Below, one piece after another: positions 30,923 to 39,639 of a DNA stretch of 64,000 nucleotides (position 1 is its first letter; each line of letters starts with the position of its first letter). A program made the position numbers and the translations under genes. The stretch lies in NCBI GenBank assembly GCA_046260395.1, contig JBHEPH010000004.1, forward strand, positions 5,463 to 69,462, written 5' to 3'. This stretch comes from Gemmatimonadales bacterium. Lineage in GTDB: Bacteria; Gemmatimonadota; Gemmatimonadetes; Gemmatimonadales; GWC2-71-9. The notes below the pieces were generated by a model that made no database searches, was not told where the DNA came from, and worked only from the letters and a program-made list of their open reading frames with translations.

Positions 30923-31986
30923 TCCGACTCGACGGATTGACCGTGCGGGCCGGGGGATTTGAGCTCCGGGATGTGTCCCTCGAGGTTCCGGCTGGCGGAT
31001 ACGCGCTGGTCATCGGCCCGACTGGCTCCGGCAAGACCACCCTGCTCGAAGCCGTGGCGGGCCACGCGCCTCTCACGCGGGGGTCGGTCTGGCTGCACGG
31101 CGAGGACGTCACGACCTGGGCGCCCGAACGTCGAGGGGTGGGTTTTGTCTACCAGCACTACCACCTCTTTCCCCACTTCACGGTGCGGGAGAACATCGGC
31201 TATGGGCTCCGGCACCAGCGATTGGCCGAGCGGGAGCGCGCCAACCGGGTCAACTCGCTGGCCGAGATGCTGAGCATTGCCCCGCTCCTGGACCGTGGCG
31301 TTGGGCGCCTGAGCGGGGGCGAACAACAGCGCGTGGCGCTGGCCCGGGCCCTGGCACCGAGGCCGAGCATCCTGCTGCTTGATGAGCCGTTCGCCGCGGT
31401 GGACCCCTCGATGCGCCACACCCTGCGGCGTGAGCTGCGCGCGCTGCATGAGCGGGAGGGCACCACGACGCTCCAGGTGACCCACGACTTCGATGACGCT
31501 CTCCGGCTTGGCGACCTGGTGGCGGTGTTGGCCGAAGGCGAAATTGCCCAAGCGGGCCCGCCCGAGGAGGTGTTTCGCTTCCCCAACTCCCCGTTTGTGG
31601 CGCGGTTCATCGGGGCGGGGACGGTGCTGGCTGGTACGGTGACCCGTACGGCCGGCGCCCCAGCCGGACCACCATTCGAGGCACGGTTCACCATCGGTGG
31701 GTTGGTGCTCGACGTCGTCGCCGACCGCGAGGGGCCCGCCCACGCCGTGATCCGGCCCGAGGATGTCCTGCTGAGCCGTGAGCCCTTCCCCGCCACACCG
31801 CGCAACCGGTTCCTGGTGACCGTGATGCGGGTCGAGCGGACGGGCGCGCTTGCGCATGTGCATCTGGAAGCGTTGGGCGCGCAATTCGTCGCGGTGATCA
31901 CGGCGGCCACCGCCGAGACGATGCAGCCGGTGGCCGGAGAGACGCTGCACGCGGCGCTCAAGGCGACGGCGGTGCATCTGGTGTAG
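30919..31986 (+). CDS. ABC importer ATPase with C-terminal TOBE/Mop-like domain (ModC/WtpC-like)
   Basis: ATG 30919 overlaps the permease stop (ATGA). Walker A GPTGSGKTT, signature LSGGEQQR, Walker B ILLLDEPF and a C-terminal beta-rich TOBE-like region. Confidence 0.85.
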   Translation: MIRLDGLTVRAGGFELRDVSLEVPAGGYALVIGPTGSGKTTLLEAVAGHAPLTRGSVWLHGEDVTTWAPERRGVGFVYQHYHLFPHFTVRENIGYGLRHQRLAERERANRVNSLAEMLSIAPLLDRGVGRLSGGEQQRVALARALAPRPSILLLDEPFAAVDPSMRHTLRRELRALHEREGTTTLQVTHDFDDALRLGDLVAVLAEGEIAQAGPPEEVFRFPNSPFVARFIGAGTVLAGTVTRTAGAPAGPPFEARFTIGGLVLDVVADREGPAHAVIRPEDVLLSREPFPATPRNRFLVTVMRVERTGALAHVHLEALGAQFVAVITAATAETMQPVAGETLHAALKATAVHLV

Positions 31987-32046
31987 GGAGCGGTGAGCAG
32001 TAAGCAGTGCGCAGTGGGAACAGGGAACAGGGAACAGGGAACAGGG
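31987..32046. repeat. Heptamer tandem-repeat element with G-quadruplex motif, immediately 3' of a stop codon
   Basis: After TAG 31984-31986 come GAGCAGT AAGCAGT GCGCAGT, then GGGAACA x4 plus GGG (five G3 tracts spaced by 4 nt, 32016-32046). Confidence 0.5.
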
Positions 32047-32165
32047 CAAAAGATCGAGTGTTGGATGGGAATGGTCAACGGCGGTTGCATGGCGGTGGGA
32101 CCTGCTGACGAGCCGGTACGACGATACTGCCGTCGAGCCGACCCGTCAGCGTTCCCAGGACTGGA

Positions 32166-33584
32166 TCAGGGTTTAAAGCGGAGGGAGGCCACCACCGGTT
32201 GGTAGCGGTGTTCGATTTGAGCGTTGTCGAATATGGCCACACCGAAGGCGTAGGCTCGGGTCAGGTCATCGAACTGGACGTCGAAGGGATCTCCCGTCAC
32301 CAGACGGCGGCGGATCTCGACGAGCCACCTCCCGGAGTTGTACAGACCCTTCGCGTCAACGTCGGCTCGAGTGCCCGTCGGTCCGGACGTGATCATGTTG
32401 GCGATCTCTGTTCCCACCGGGAGCGCGGCGAGCTCGCCATCGGTAAGCGCGATCTTCTGATTGTCCAGGATGTAGTACGGCGGAGCGGTGATTGACGGTC
32501 CACGGAACTGGGGCCGGCCATTCAGGGCGGGGTTGGTGCCATATCCCCCGTCACCTGGATCACTCGCGCGACCGCCACTGGCTGCGCCCGTGGGCCCCGG
32601 CTGCCAGAAGCGGACATACTGGTCATCCGCCTTGGCGTGCTGATTGTTCCGAACGTACTTCCAGTGCCACATGTCGGCGATCTCCCCCGCAACCTTGGTG
32701 TACTTCTTGGAGGCGAGCTCCGGTGTGGTCAGGTTGTATGTGGCCCCGGGCAAATTCCCCTGTGAGGGGTCGTGGCAGAGCACCGCACATCCGGCCTGGT
32801 CGAATCCCGCCACCGTCGAGGCTCCATAGGTGTTCCAGATGACCGAAAGCTTGTCCTCGTATGCGAAGGTGGTTGGATCCTCCTCGTTGGGATAACCCTT
32901 GATATAGTCGATCCAACTCATACCATTGGTGGGAAGAGCGGATTTGGCGGGGAGGGTGGCCCAGGTGCCGTCAGAGCGCTTGATCCACGGCTGGCGCCGG
33001 GCGCTCGCCTTGTCGTCGTCCCAGACGATGAGCATGTAGAGATAGGTGTCATCATAGGCCGCCTTGACCGACACGAATTCGGCCTCCCCGAAGCCGCCGG
33101 TGACTCTCAGGCTAACGGCCGGTGTCGTGTTCCACACCGCGTCGAAGAGTCCGTCGATGGCCGGGGGCATCGTCTGAGTCCCAGGTCCTGTGCGGATCGC
33201 CTCCAGAATCAACCCGGTCACCGGGGGGAGGGAGCCGATCCAGGTCGTCACGATAGCCTGACGCGCCGGCGTGAAGCTGGGGATGAGGCCACCGCCGTGT
33301 GGGGTGAGGTTCGCGGCCTTCAGAATCAGCAGGCTGTTGGAGGGGGTCGCCGGATCCACCAATCCCGATTCATGCAGGGCGGTGGAATCCATCGTGGTAA
33401 GGAAGAAGCGTCCCGAACCCGCGTCATGGCAGGAGCCGCAATCCTGAGTCAGAATCTGGTTCACGGCCAGAAACGACGCGGCATCACTCGGGGCCGTGGT
33501 GCCATCGCCCGTACAGGCTGTGACCAGGAATCCGGCGAGGATCGTGTTGGCAATCAGGGCGGGGTGTCGCAGGATCGTCACCAT
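32166..33584 (-). CDS. Lipoprotein with N-terminal c-type haem motif and ethylbenzene-dehydrogenase-gamma/DOMON-like haem-binding domain
   Basis: ATG 33584 gives signal plus lipobox (ILAGFLVTAC). CGSCH motif near the N-terminus. The C-terminal part (VKAAYDDTYLYMLIVWDD ... WLVEIRRRLVTGDPFDVQF ... FGVAIFDNAQIEH) resembles EB_dh-type domains; the family call is from memory. Confidence 0.55.
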   Translation of the reverse strand: MVTILRHPALIANTILAGFLVTACTGDGTTAPSDAASFLAVNQILTQDCGSCHDAGSGRFFLTTMDSTALHESGLVDPATPSNSLLILKAANLTPHGGGLIPSFTPARQAIVTTWIGSLPPVTGLILEAIRTGPGTQTMPPAIDGLFDAVWNTTPAVSLRVTGGFGEAEFVSVKAAYDDTYLYMLIVWDDDKASARRQPWIKRSDGTWATLPAKSALPTNGMSWIDYIKGYPNEEDPTTFAYEDKLSVIWNTYGASTVAGFDQAGCAVLCHDPSQGNLPGATYNLTTPELASKKYTKVAGEIADMWHWKYVRNNQHAKADDQYVRFWQPGPTGAASGGRASDPGDGGYGTNPALNGRPQFRGPSITAPPYYILDNQKIALTDGELAALPVGTEIANMITSGPTGTRADVDAKGLYNSGRWLVEIRRRLVTGDPFDVQFDDLTRAYAFGVAIFDNAQIEHRYQPVVASLRFKP

Positions 33585-33810
33585 ATGAATGGCTCCTGAG
33601 CAAGGAAGGTGACTCAATGCTACCGCCCCGTCATTAACACCCCGGTGAGAATTGCTGGAAATTGCCCACAGACATTCTTCATCAAGCATTCACTCAAATC
33701 CGCCGAGTGAGATGGCCAGGTGTCGAACCAGACAGTGCCAAGGTCGTCCTGCCCGGCAGTCGTCTCATGCACTGTGCCGGGGAGCGGGAGAGGAAGCGCC
33801 GGGCGTTGGC

Positions 33811-35100
33811 TTAGGTGCCGAGTGCGCCCCCGCTCCGTCCACCCGGTCCGCCCGATCCGTCCTGATCGCCCACCAAAGCGCCCGGCACGATTCCCTCCCG
33901 GCCGAATCGCTCATTGATCCGGTCCACCGTCTGCGCCACCGTGCGATCCCTCGGCGTTTCGATCGCCGCTCCAGGTGCTGCAGGGAACAACCCCAGTTGC
34001 CCGGCGCGCGCCTCGTCACCGAACTGGGAGAGACCGACGCCAAGCAGGCGGGCTGGACACCGTCGCGCCACGCGGAGCTTTCCGAACAACGCCAGGGCCA
34101 CCTGATGAATGGCGCGGTCCGACTCCACCGGCTCGGCCAGCGTCCGGCTGGCCTGGCGGGTCTGGAAATCATGGTCGCGCAGCTTGACGGTGATCGTGCG
34201 CGCCTGGAGTCCGGCCGAGCGGAGGTCGTGCGCCACGCGCACCACCAGGCGCAGCAGCTCGGTTTCGAGCTCGGCCTCGGTGTCGAGATCCTCCGGGAAG
34301 GTCTCCTCACGGCTCACCGACTTGGCTTCGCCACGGCCCGTGACCTCGCTACTCCCCTCACCCCGGAGGCGACGGTAGAGCCACGCGCCGGTCCGCGGGC
34401 CGGTCCAACTCACCAGCGTGGCCTGATCGACCCGCACCGCCTCGGCCACGGTCCGGAGGTTGTAGCGACCCAATCGCTCCAACAGCTTCGGGCCAATCCC
34501 GGGAATGGCCGCCAGGTCCAGCGTGGTCAGGAAGTCGGCCTCCTGGCCCGGTGGCACGACGTGCACGCCCGGCGTCGGTCCCCCCGCATGCGGCTTGGCA
34601 CGTTCCACCGCGAGCTTGGCCACCAGCCGGTTGGTGCCACCGCCGATCGAGACCGACAACCCGGTCCGCGCCAGGACATCCTCGCGGATCCGCGCCGCGG
34701 TCTCCGCGAGCGAAGCATGCCGGTAGAGTGCCTCGGTACCGCTCATGGCCAGGTAGAACTCATCGATGCTGGCGGGCTCCACGATCGGTGCCCATTCCTC
34801 CAGCACCGTGCAAACCTCGCGGCTCTTTTCCCCGCACGCCTTCCGGGGAACGGGAACGAACATCGCGTCGGGGCAGAGCCGCTCGGCGGTCCGGATCGGC
34901 ATCCCGGAGCGGACACCGAACGCCCGGGCCTCGTACGACGCCGAGCACACGACGCCGCGACCGCCGCGCCGCCCACCCACGACGAGCAGCGGCGAGTTCC
35001 CTGCCCCCTCCGGATCCACCAGGCGCGCCACGGCGCAGAACATCGCGTCGCAGTCGGCCAGGAGGATCCGGGGTGGCGGTGTCGTGTCTGGCGTCGCCAT
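33811..35100 (-). CDS. dinB: DNA polymerase IV (Y-family translesion polymerase)
   Basis: 429 aa. ILLADCDAMFCAVARL (catalytic D-x-D), SASYEARAFGVRSGMP, and HhH/little-finger regions (IPGIGPKLLERLG). Confidence 0.85.
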   Translation of the reverse strand: MATPDTTPPPRILLADCDAMFCAVARLVDPEGAGNSPLLVVGGRRGGRGVVCSASYEARAFGVRSGMPIRTAERLCPDAMFVPVPRKACGEKSREVCTVLEEWAPIVEPASIDEFYLAMSGTEALYRHASLAETAARIREDVLARTGLSVSIGGGTNRLVAKLAVERAKPHAGGPTPGVHVVPPGQEADFLTTLDLAAIPGIGPKLLERLGRYNLRTVAEAVRVDQATLVSWTGPRTGAWLYRRLRGEGSSEVTGRGEAKSVSREETFPEDLDTEAELETELLRLVVRVAHDLRSAGLQARTITVKLRDHDFQTRQASRTLAEPVESDRAIHQVALALFGKLRVARRCPARLLGVGLSQFGDEARAGQLGLFPAAPGAAIETPRDRTVAQTVDRINERFGREGIVPGALVGDQDGSGGPGGRSGGALGT

Positions 35101-35168
35101 GGAGGAAGGATACTCCGCTCCAAGCGCCCGCCCTGCTCGGCCTTGACCAGTCAGAAAAATCCCTATAA

Positions 35169-35188
35169 CTTGCTAGTCGACAAGCAAG
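35169..35188. promoter_or_regulatory. Probable TetR operator palindrome
   Basis: CTTGCTaGTCGACaAGCAAG is a 20-bp inverted repeat with one symmetric mismatch pair. It lies 17 nt upstream of the TetR start, in the divergent gap with dinB. Confidence 0.4.
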
Positions 35189-35204
35189 CTGATCTGGAGG
35201 GGTC

Positions 35205-35915
35205 ATGTCGGGACACGCAGTCATGCATGCTCGCACGATTCACCGGGAAGAACGGGGCCGGAACCCGGAGCGGAGCCGGGAGGCCATCCTGAATGCTGCC
35301 GAGCAGTTCTTCGCGGAACGGGGCTATGAGGCCACCAGCCTGCAGGAGGTTGGCACTCGGGCTGGGCTCAGTCGAGCCGCACCGGGGTACTTCTTCGGAT
35401 CAAAGGCGGAGCTCTATCGCGCGGTGCTGGATCGGGCCTTCGATGAGGTGCGGGCCGCGGTGCGGACTGGCCGCGAGCGGGCCCTCTCCGCGTCGCATCC
35501 GCCGGAGGCGATCCTCGCTGGCGCCGTGGCCGACTACCACGACTTCCTCTCGGCCCGGCCCAACTTCGTGCGGCTGATCGAGCGGGAGGCGCTGGGTGGC
35601 TCGCCAATCGGGGATGATGTGTCACCACGGCTCGCCGCTGGCCAGGAAGCGCTGTCCGCCATCAGCGAGGAACTCGGCCTGGGCGAGGCGGAGTCCGCCG
35701 AGAACGCCCACCTGCTGTTGAGCATCGTGGCGCTCTGCTGGTTCCCACTGGTGCATGGCCCTACCCTGCTCCGCTCGATCGGGCTCGACTCGGCGGCACC
35801 GGGGTTCGCCGAGGAGCGCAAGCGCCGGATCATTGACCTGTTGCTGCACGGGGTGGCGGGCCGGATCAAGCCCACCGCTTCGTCGACCCCGCCTTCGAGG
35901 AGGACCTCCCGATGA
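35205..35915 (+). CDS. TetR/AcrR-family transcriptional regulator
   Basis: N-terminal HTH ([44 protein letters not shown]). 236 aa. The stop overlaps the start of the next gene (ATGA). Confidence 0.85.
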   Translation: MSGHAVMHARTIHREERGRNPERSREAILNAAEQFFAERGYEATSLQEVGTRAGLSRAAPGYFFGSKAELYRAVLDRAFDEVRAAVRTGRERALSASHPPEAILAGAVADYHDFLSARPNFVRLIEREALGGSPIGDDVSPRLAAGQEALSAISEELGLGEAESAENAHLLLSIVALCWFPLVHGPTLLRSIGLDSAAPGFAEERKRRIIDLLLHGVAGRIKPTASSTPPSRRTSR

Positions 35916-37777
35916 CTGACGTGATGCCCCGCACGGCGCCGAACGGCGCTCCCTCCTCCCCGCTGGCGACCGAGGAAGAGGCCCGCGAGGTCGCCGAGGC
36001 GGCACGGGAAACCGAATGGACCGAACCGAGTTTCGTGCGGGAGCTCTTCGAGGGCGATTTTCGCTTCTCCCTGATCCATCCCTACCCGCAGCCCGATCCG
36101 GCCGACGTGGCCAAGGCCAAGCCGTTCATGGAGCGGCTGGAGCGGTTCATGCGCGAGAAGGTGGACAGCGATGCGATTGACCGCGAGGGACAGATTCCGC
36201 CGGAGGTTGTGGAAGAGCTTCGCCAGATGGGCGCCTTCGGGATCAAGATCCCCGAGGAATACGGCGGGCTCGGCCTGAGCCAGCTCAGCTACACCCGCGC
36301 CATCGCGCTGGTCACCAGCCAGGACGGCAGCCTGACCGCGCTGCTCTCCGCCAGCCAGTCCATCGGCGTCCCGGTGCCGCTCAAGCTCTTCGGTACTGAT
36401 GCCCAGAAGAAGAAGTACTTCCCGCGGCTGGCCAAGGGGGCCATCAGCGCGTTCGCGCTCACTGAAAACAACGTCGGTTCCGACCCGGCCGGCCTCAGCA
36501 CCTCGGCGGTTCTGAGCGAGAACGGCAGCCACTACATCCTCAACGGCGAGAAGCTCTGGTGCACCAACGGGACCGTGGCGGAGCTGATGGTGGTCATGGC
36601 GCGCACGGGGCCGAAGAGCATTACGGCATTCATCGTGGAAACCGACTGGCCCGGGGTGGAGGTGGCCAACCGGCTGCACTTCATGGGGCTCAATGCCATC
36701 GAGAACGGCGTCATTCGGTTCCATGACGTGAAGGTGCCGAAGGAGAACGTGCTCTGGGGCGAGGGCAAGGGACTCAAGCTGGCGTTGATCACGCTGAATA
36801 CCGGACGGCTCACCCTGCCCGCTTCCGCGGTGGCCGGCGCGAAGCGCGGCCTCGAGATCTCGCGCCGCTGGGGCGCCGAGCGGGTGCAATGGGGCCAGGC
36901 GATTGGCAAGCATGACGCGATTGCCCAGATGATCGGCCGCATGGCGGCCGACACCTTTGCGATGGAGGCGGTGGCCGAACTGGCCTCTCTGCTGGCCGAC
37001 CGCGGCGGCGCGGATATCCGGCTCGAGGCGGCGATGGCCAAACTCTGGAACACCGAGGTGGGGTGGCGAATTACTGACGACACCCTGCAGATCAAGGGTG
37101 GGCGCGGGTATGAGACCGCCGACAGCCTGCGCAGCCGTGGCGAGCGCCCCGAGCCAGTGGAGCGGATGATGCGCGACATGCGCATCAACCGGATCTTCGA
37201 GGGCAGCTCGGAAATCATGCGCTTGTTCATCGCGCGGGAGGCGGTGGACACGCACCTGAAGGTGGCGGGTGACCTGATCAACCCGAAGGTGCCAGCCGGC
37301 AAAAAGGTCGGGGCGCTGTTCAAGGCGGCGGCGTTCTACGCGCTCTGGTACCCGAAGCTGTGGCTCGGGCCGGGCGGCTGGTTCGGCTACGGCGAGCTCG
37401 GGAGGAACGCGAAGCATGTGCGGTATGCGCACCGCGCCTCGAAGCGGCTGGCGCGGACGCTGTTCCATGCCATGGTGCGGTTCGGCCCGAAGCTGGAGAA
37501 GCGCCAGGCAGTGCTGGGCCGGCTGGTGGATATTGGCGCGGAGCTGCTGGCCATCAGTGCCGCATGCAGCCGCGCGGCGGCGATGGTGAAGCAGGAGCCA
37601 TCCAACCGGGGTCCGGAGGAACTTGCCGACCTGTTCAGCCGGCAGGCGCGCCGCCGGATCGAGCGGCTCTTCGACGACGTATTCTCGAACGAGGACACCC
37701 GCGCCTACGCGGTGGCGCGCCAGGTGCTGGATGGCAAGCACTCGTGGCTGGAGCAGGGGATGGTGCGGGAGGGGTAG
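35912..37777 (+). CDS. Long-form acyl-CoA dehydrogenase (FadE/VLCAD-like with C-terminal extension)
   Basis: 621 aa with ACAD N, middle and C domains ([52 protein letters not shown]) plus about 180 aa of C-terminal extension. Confidence 0.85.
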   Translation: MTDVMPRTAPNGAPSSPLATEEEAREVAEAARETEWTEPSFVRELFEGDFRFSLIHPYPQPDPADVAKAKPFMERLERFMREKVDSDAIDREGQIPPEVVEELRQMGAFGIKIPEEYGGLGLSQLSYTRAIALVTSQDGSLTALLSASQSIGVPVPLKLFGTDAQKKKYFPRLAKGAISAFALTENNVGSDPAGLSTSAVLSENGSHYILNGEKLWCTNGTVAELMVVMARTGPKSITAFIVETDWPGVEVANRLHFMGLNAIENGVIRFHDVKVPKENVLWGEGKGLKLALITLNTGRLTLPASAVAGAKRGLEISRRWGAERVQWGQAIGKHDAIAQMIGRMAADTFAMEAVAELASLLADRGGADIRLEAAMAKLWNTEVGWRITDDTLQIKGGRGYETADSLRSRGERPEPVERMMRDMRINRIFEGSSEIMRLFIAREAVDTHLKVAGDLINPKVPAGKKVGALFKAAAFYALWYPKLWLGPGGWFGYGELGRNAKHVRYAHRASKRLARTLFHAMVRFGPKLEKRQAVLGRLVDIGAELLAISAACSRAAAMVKQEPSNRGPEELADLFSRQARRRIERLFDDVFSNEDTRAYAVARQVLDGKHSWLEQGMVREG

Positions 37778-37877
37778 GACGTGGGGAATCGGGTGTCGGG
37801 TGTCAGGGGCTCCGGCCCCCCGTGTCTCCCTGTTCCCGGTTCCCTCTTCCCCATTCCCTGTTCCCCGCCCCCCCTCA
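37778..37877. repeat. Heptad-periodic G-rich/C-rich imperfect hairpin element immediately 3' of a stop codon
   Basis: After TAG 37775-37777 the G-arm is GGGGAATC GGGTGTC GGGTGTC AGGGG. The C-arm then has 7-nt spaced C3-4 tracts (CCCCGTGTCTCCCTGTTCCCGGTTCCCTCTTCCCCATTCCCTGTTCCCCGCCCCCCC). The GGG:CCC blocks can pair. Confidence 0.45.
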
Positions 37878-37964
37878 CGGCGGCGCCGGTTTGCTCCGAT
37901 CCACTCCACTGGCCGATATGTTGAAGACCGGTTCGGAGCGTTCCCAACCAAACGGGCCTGCATT

Positions 37965-38230
37965 TCAGACGGGACCGAGCACCCGCCAGCCGGCCTCGAC
38001 AATCTCCTTTGCGTGACACGGCCCGGTTGCCTCCAGGGAGCCGGAAACCTCGACCGCATACTGGAACGTGCCGTTGGTTCCAGCCAAGCCCGGCGCGTTG
38101 ATTACCACGGGCTCCCTACTCTGCATGAGGGCGCGCCCGTATCGCCGCCGCACGCTGCGGCGAACCCGATGGCCACGATCGCGCCCAGGGCCCTTCGACG
38201 CACCCGCGCGAGGGCGGTCACGGCCCGCAT
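37965..38230 (-). pseudogene. Possible frame-disrupted small lipoprotein gene
   Basis: ATG 38230 encodes a signal peptide with lipobox (MRAVTALARVRRRALGAIVAIGFAAAC) but stops at 38102, after 15 mature residues. A high-GC3 reading frame continues in another frame (..EPVVINAPGLAGTNGTFQYAVEVSGSLEATGPCHAKEIVEAGWRVLGPV*) to 37965. Confidence 0.3.
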
Positions 38231-39639
38231 CCGGCCACCCCGAGGGCGATGGCGTTGCGCAGCAGGCCGGCCGCACTGAAGACCTGGACGCATTCCCGCA
38301 CGTTGTCGTAGATTCCCGCGCTCTTGCCCATGTAGAACGTGGTTGCAGTGCCCGTGCCGCTGCCCGAGTAGATGCGGATCGTGGGGACGGCCGCGCTGAG
38401 GGTGGTACCCGCAGGGATCGTGTACTGGACCCCCGCCCGGGTTCGGACCGTGGCCCCACCAATATCAAGGGCGGCCGGAGCAAAGGCCGGGTCCCGGGAG
38501 ATCTCGACGTACTCGTTGTTCGGGGTGATGTCGTCACGCACCCCCATCGCCTGGACGGCGGTAACCCCGAAGAACGCGGTGCTGCCAGCGAGGTTGACCG
38601 GGCGGGTGTCGCGGGAAAGCAGGTCTGGTGCCGTCCCCACCTTCCAGAGCCGGATGCTCGCGGCGCCTCCCGCATTGGCCAGCCAAGGGTCGGATCCGGC
38701 GCCGCTCCAGCCGTACGGGTCAATGTTCGAGGGCTGGCCATTGTTGGTCTGGGTCATCCGCCGGACCTGGAAGTGCAGGTGCGGGTTCAAGGAGCATCCG
38801 ACGGTTCCCGACAGCCCGATCTGCTGGCCCTCGGTGACCTGCTGTCCCACCACGACACTCTTCACACTCAAGTGCGCATAGAGCGTCTGCACCGTGACGC
38901 CGCCCGGCAGCGGGTGGGAGATGATGACAATCCCGTTGCCGTTGGCAGGCACCTCTGCGTTGATCAGCGGGCAGAAGAATGCTGGGCTGGCGAGCGAGGT
39001 GACCGTACCCGCAGCGGCCGCCAGGATCGGCGTGGCCTCCGGCATTCGCCAGTCGTACCCCTCGTGCCCCTCGTATCCAACTACGTCGTATTGCTCGCCC
39101 CAGAATGAGACCTTCCGGCCATTGTCGAAGAACGCCTGGGGAATGTCATGGTCGTGGAGGTTGGTGGTGAAGTAGTCCACCCCGGCGGCAAAGGGCCGAA
39201 CAAAGACGGGAATGACGGTCGGATCCACGACCTCCACCGACGCCTGGCCCGACTGCCCGTCCACCATCGCCGAGATGGTGGTGGCGCCGGGCGCCAGAGT
39301 GCTCACCACTCCGGCTGCGGACACCGTCGCCACCGCCTGAGCCGAACTGTTCCAGGTGAAGGTCTTGCCAGGAATCGCGGTGCCCTGCGCGGTCCGGGCC
39401 TCCGCCGAGAGCGGGACCGGCGTTCCCGCCAGGACGCTGGAAGTGGGCGGGGACACGTGGACCGAGGCCACGACGGGGGCGGGCGGTGGTGGAGGGGGAG
39501 GAGGTGGCGCAGGTGGAGGCGCCGGGGGCGGTGTGGGACTGGTTCCTCCACCACCGCATCCGAGGGACAGAATCATCACTGCGGCGAGCAGGCCGGCCGA
39601 CAGCCGAGGAGTCGGTGAAAACCGCAGGGACCCAATCAT
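38218..39639 (-). CDS. Lipoprotein M23 (LytM-type) metallopeptidase with Big_2 Ig-like domain and C-terminal lamin-tail (LTD)-like domain
   Basis: ATG 39639 gives signal plus lipobox (ILSLGC), then a poly-Pro linker and a Big_2-like segment (VSPPTSSVLAGTPVPLSAEA..ATVSAAGVVSTLAPGATTISA). M23 motifs are HEGYDW and TVGCSLNPHLHFQV. LTD-like region: NNEYVEISRD..LDIGGATV..YTIPAGTTL. Confidence 0.75.
   Translation of the reverse strand: MIGSLRFSPTPRLSAGLLAAVMILSLGCGGGGTSPTPPPAPPPAPPPPPPPPPAPVVASVHVSPPTSSVLAGTPVPLSAEARTAQGTAIPGKTFTWNSSAQAVATVSAAGVVSTLAPGATTISAMVDGQSGQASVEVVDPTVIPVFVRPFAAGVDYFTTNLHDHDIPQAFFDNGRKVSFWGEQYDVVGYEGHEGYDWRMPEATPILAAAAGTVTSLASPAFFCPLINAEVPANGNGIVIISHPLPGGVTVQTLYAHLSVKSVVVGQQVTEGQQIGLSGTVGCSLNPHLHFQVRRMTQTNNGQPSNIDPYGWSGAGSDPWLANAGGAASIRLWKVGTAPDLLSRDTRPVNLAGSTAFFGVTAVQAMGVRDDITPNNEYVEISRDPAFAPAALDIGGATVRTRAGVQYTIPAGTTLSAAVPTIRIYSGSGTGTATTFYMGKSAGIYDNVRECVQVFSAAGLLRNAIALGVAGCGP

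Noticed and set aside
32016-32046. GGGAACA tandem repeats as a possible CRISPR array or coding repeat
   Set aside because: The units are only 7 nt with no spacers, so this is not a CRISPR. They lie outside any supported ORF. They are treated instead as a G4-prone microsatellite-like element.
35534-38059. 841-aa minus-strand ORF opposite the TetR and acyl-CoA dehydrogenase genes
   Set aside because: It is a shadow ORF; the plus-strand genes carry clear family motifs and proper coupling.
39480-39545. G-rich DNA tract (GGTGG/GGAGG repeats) inside the peptidase gene
   Set aside because: It is the coding sequence of the poly-Pro/Ala linker (PPPAPPPAPPPPPPPPPAP) after the lipobox. It is not an independent DNA element.
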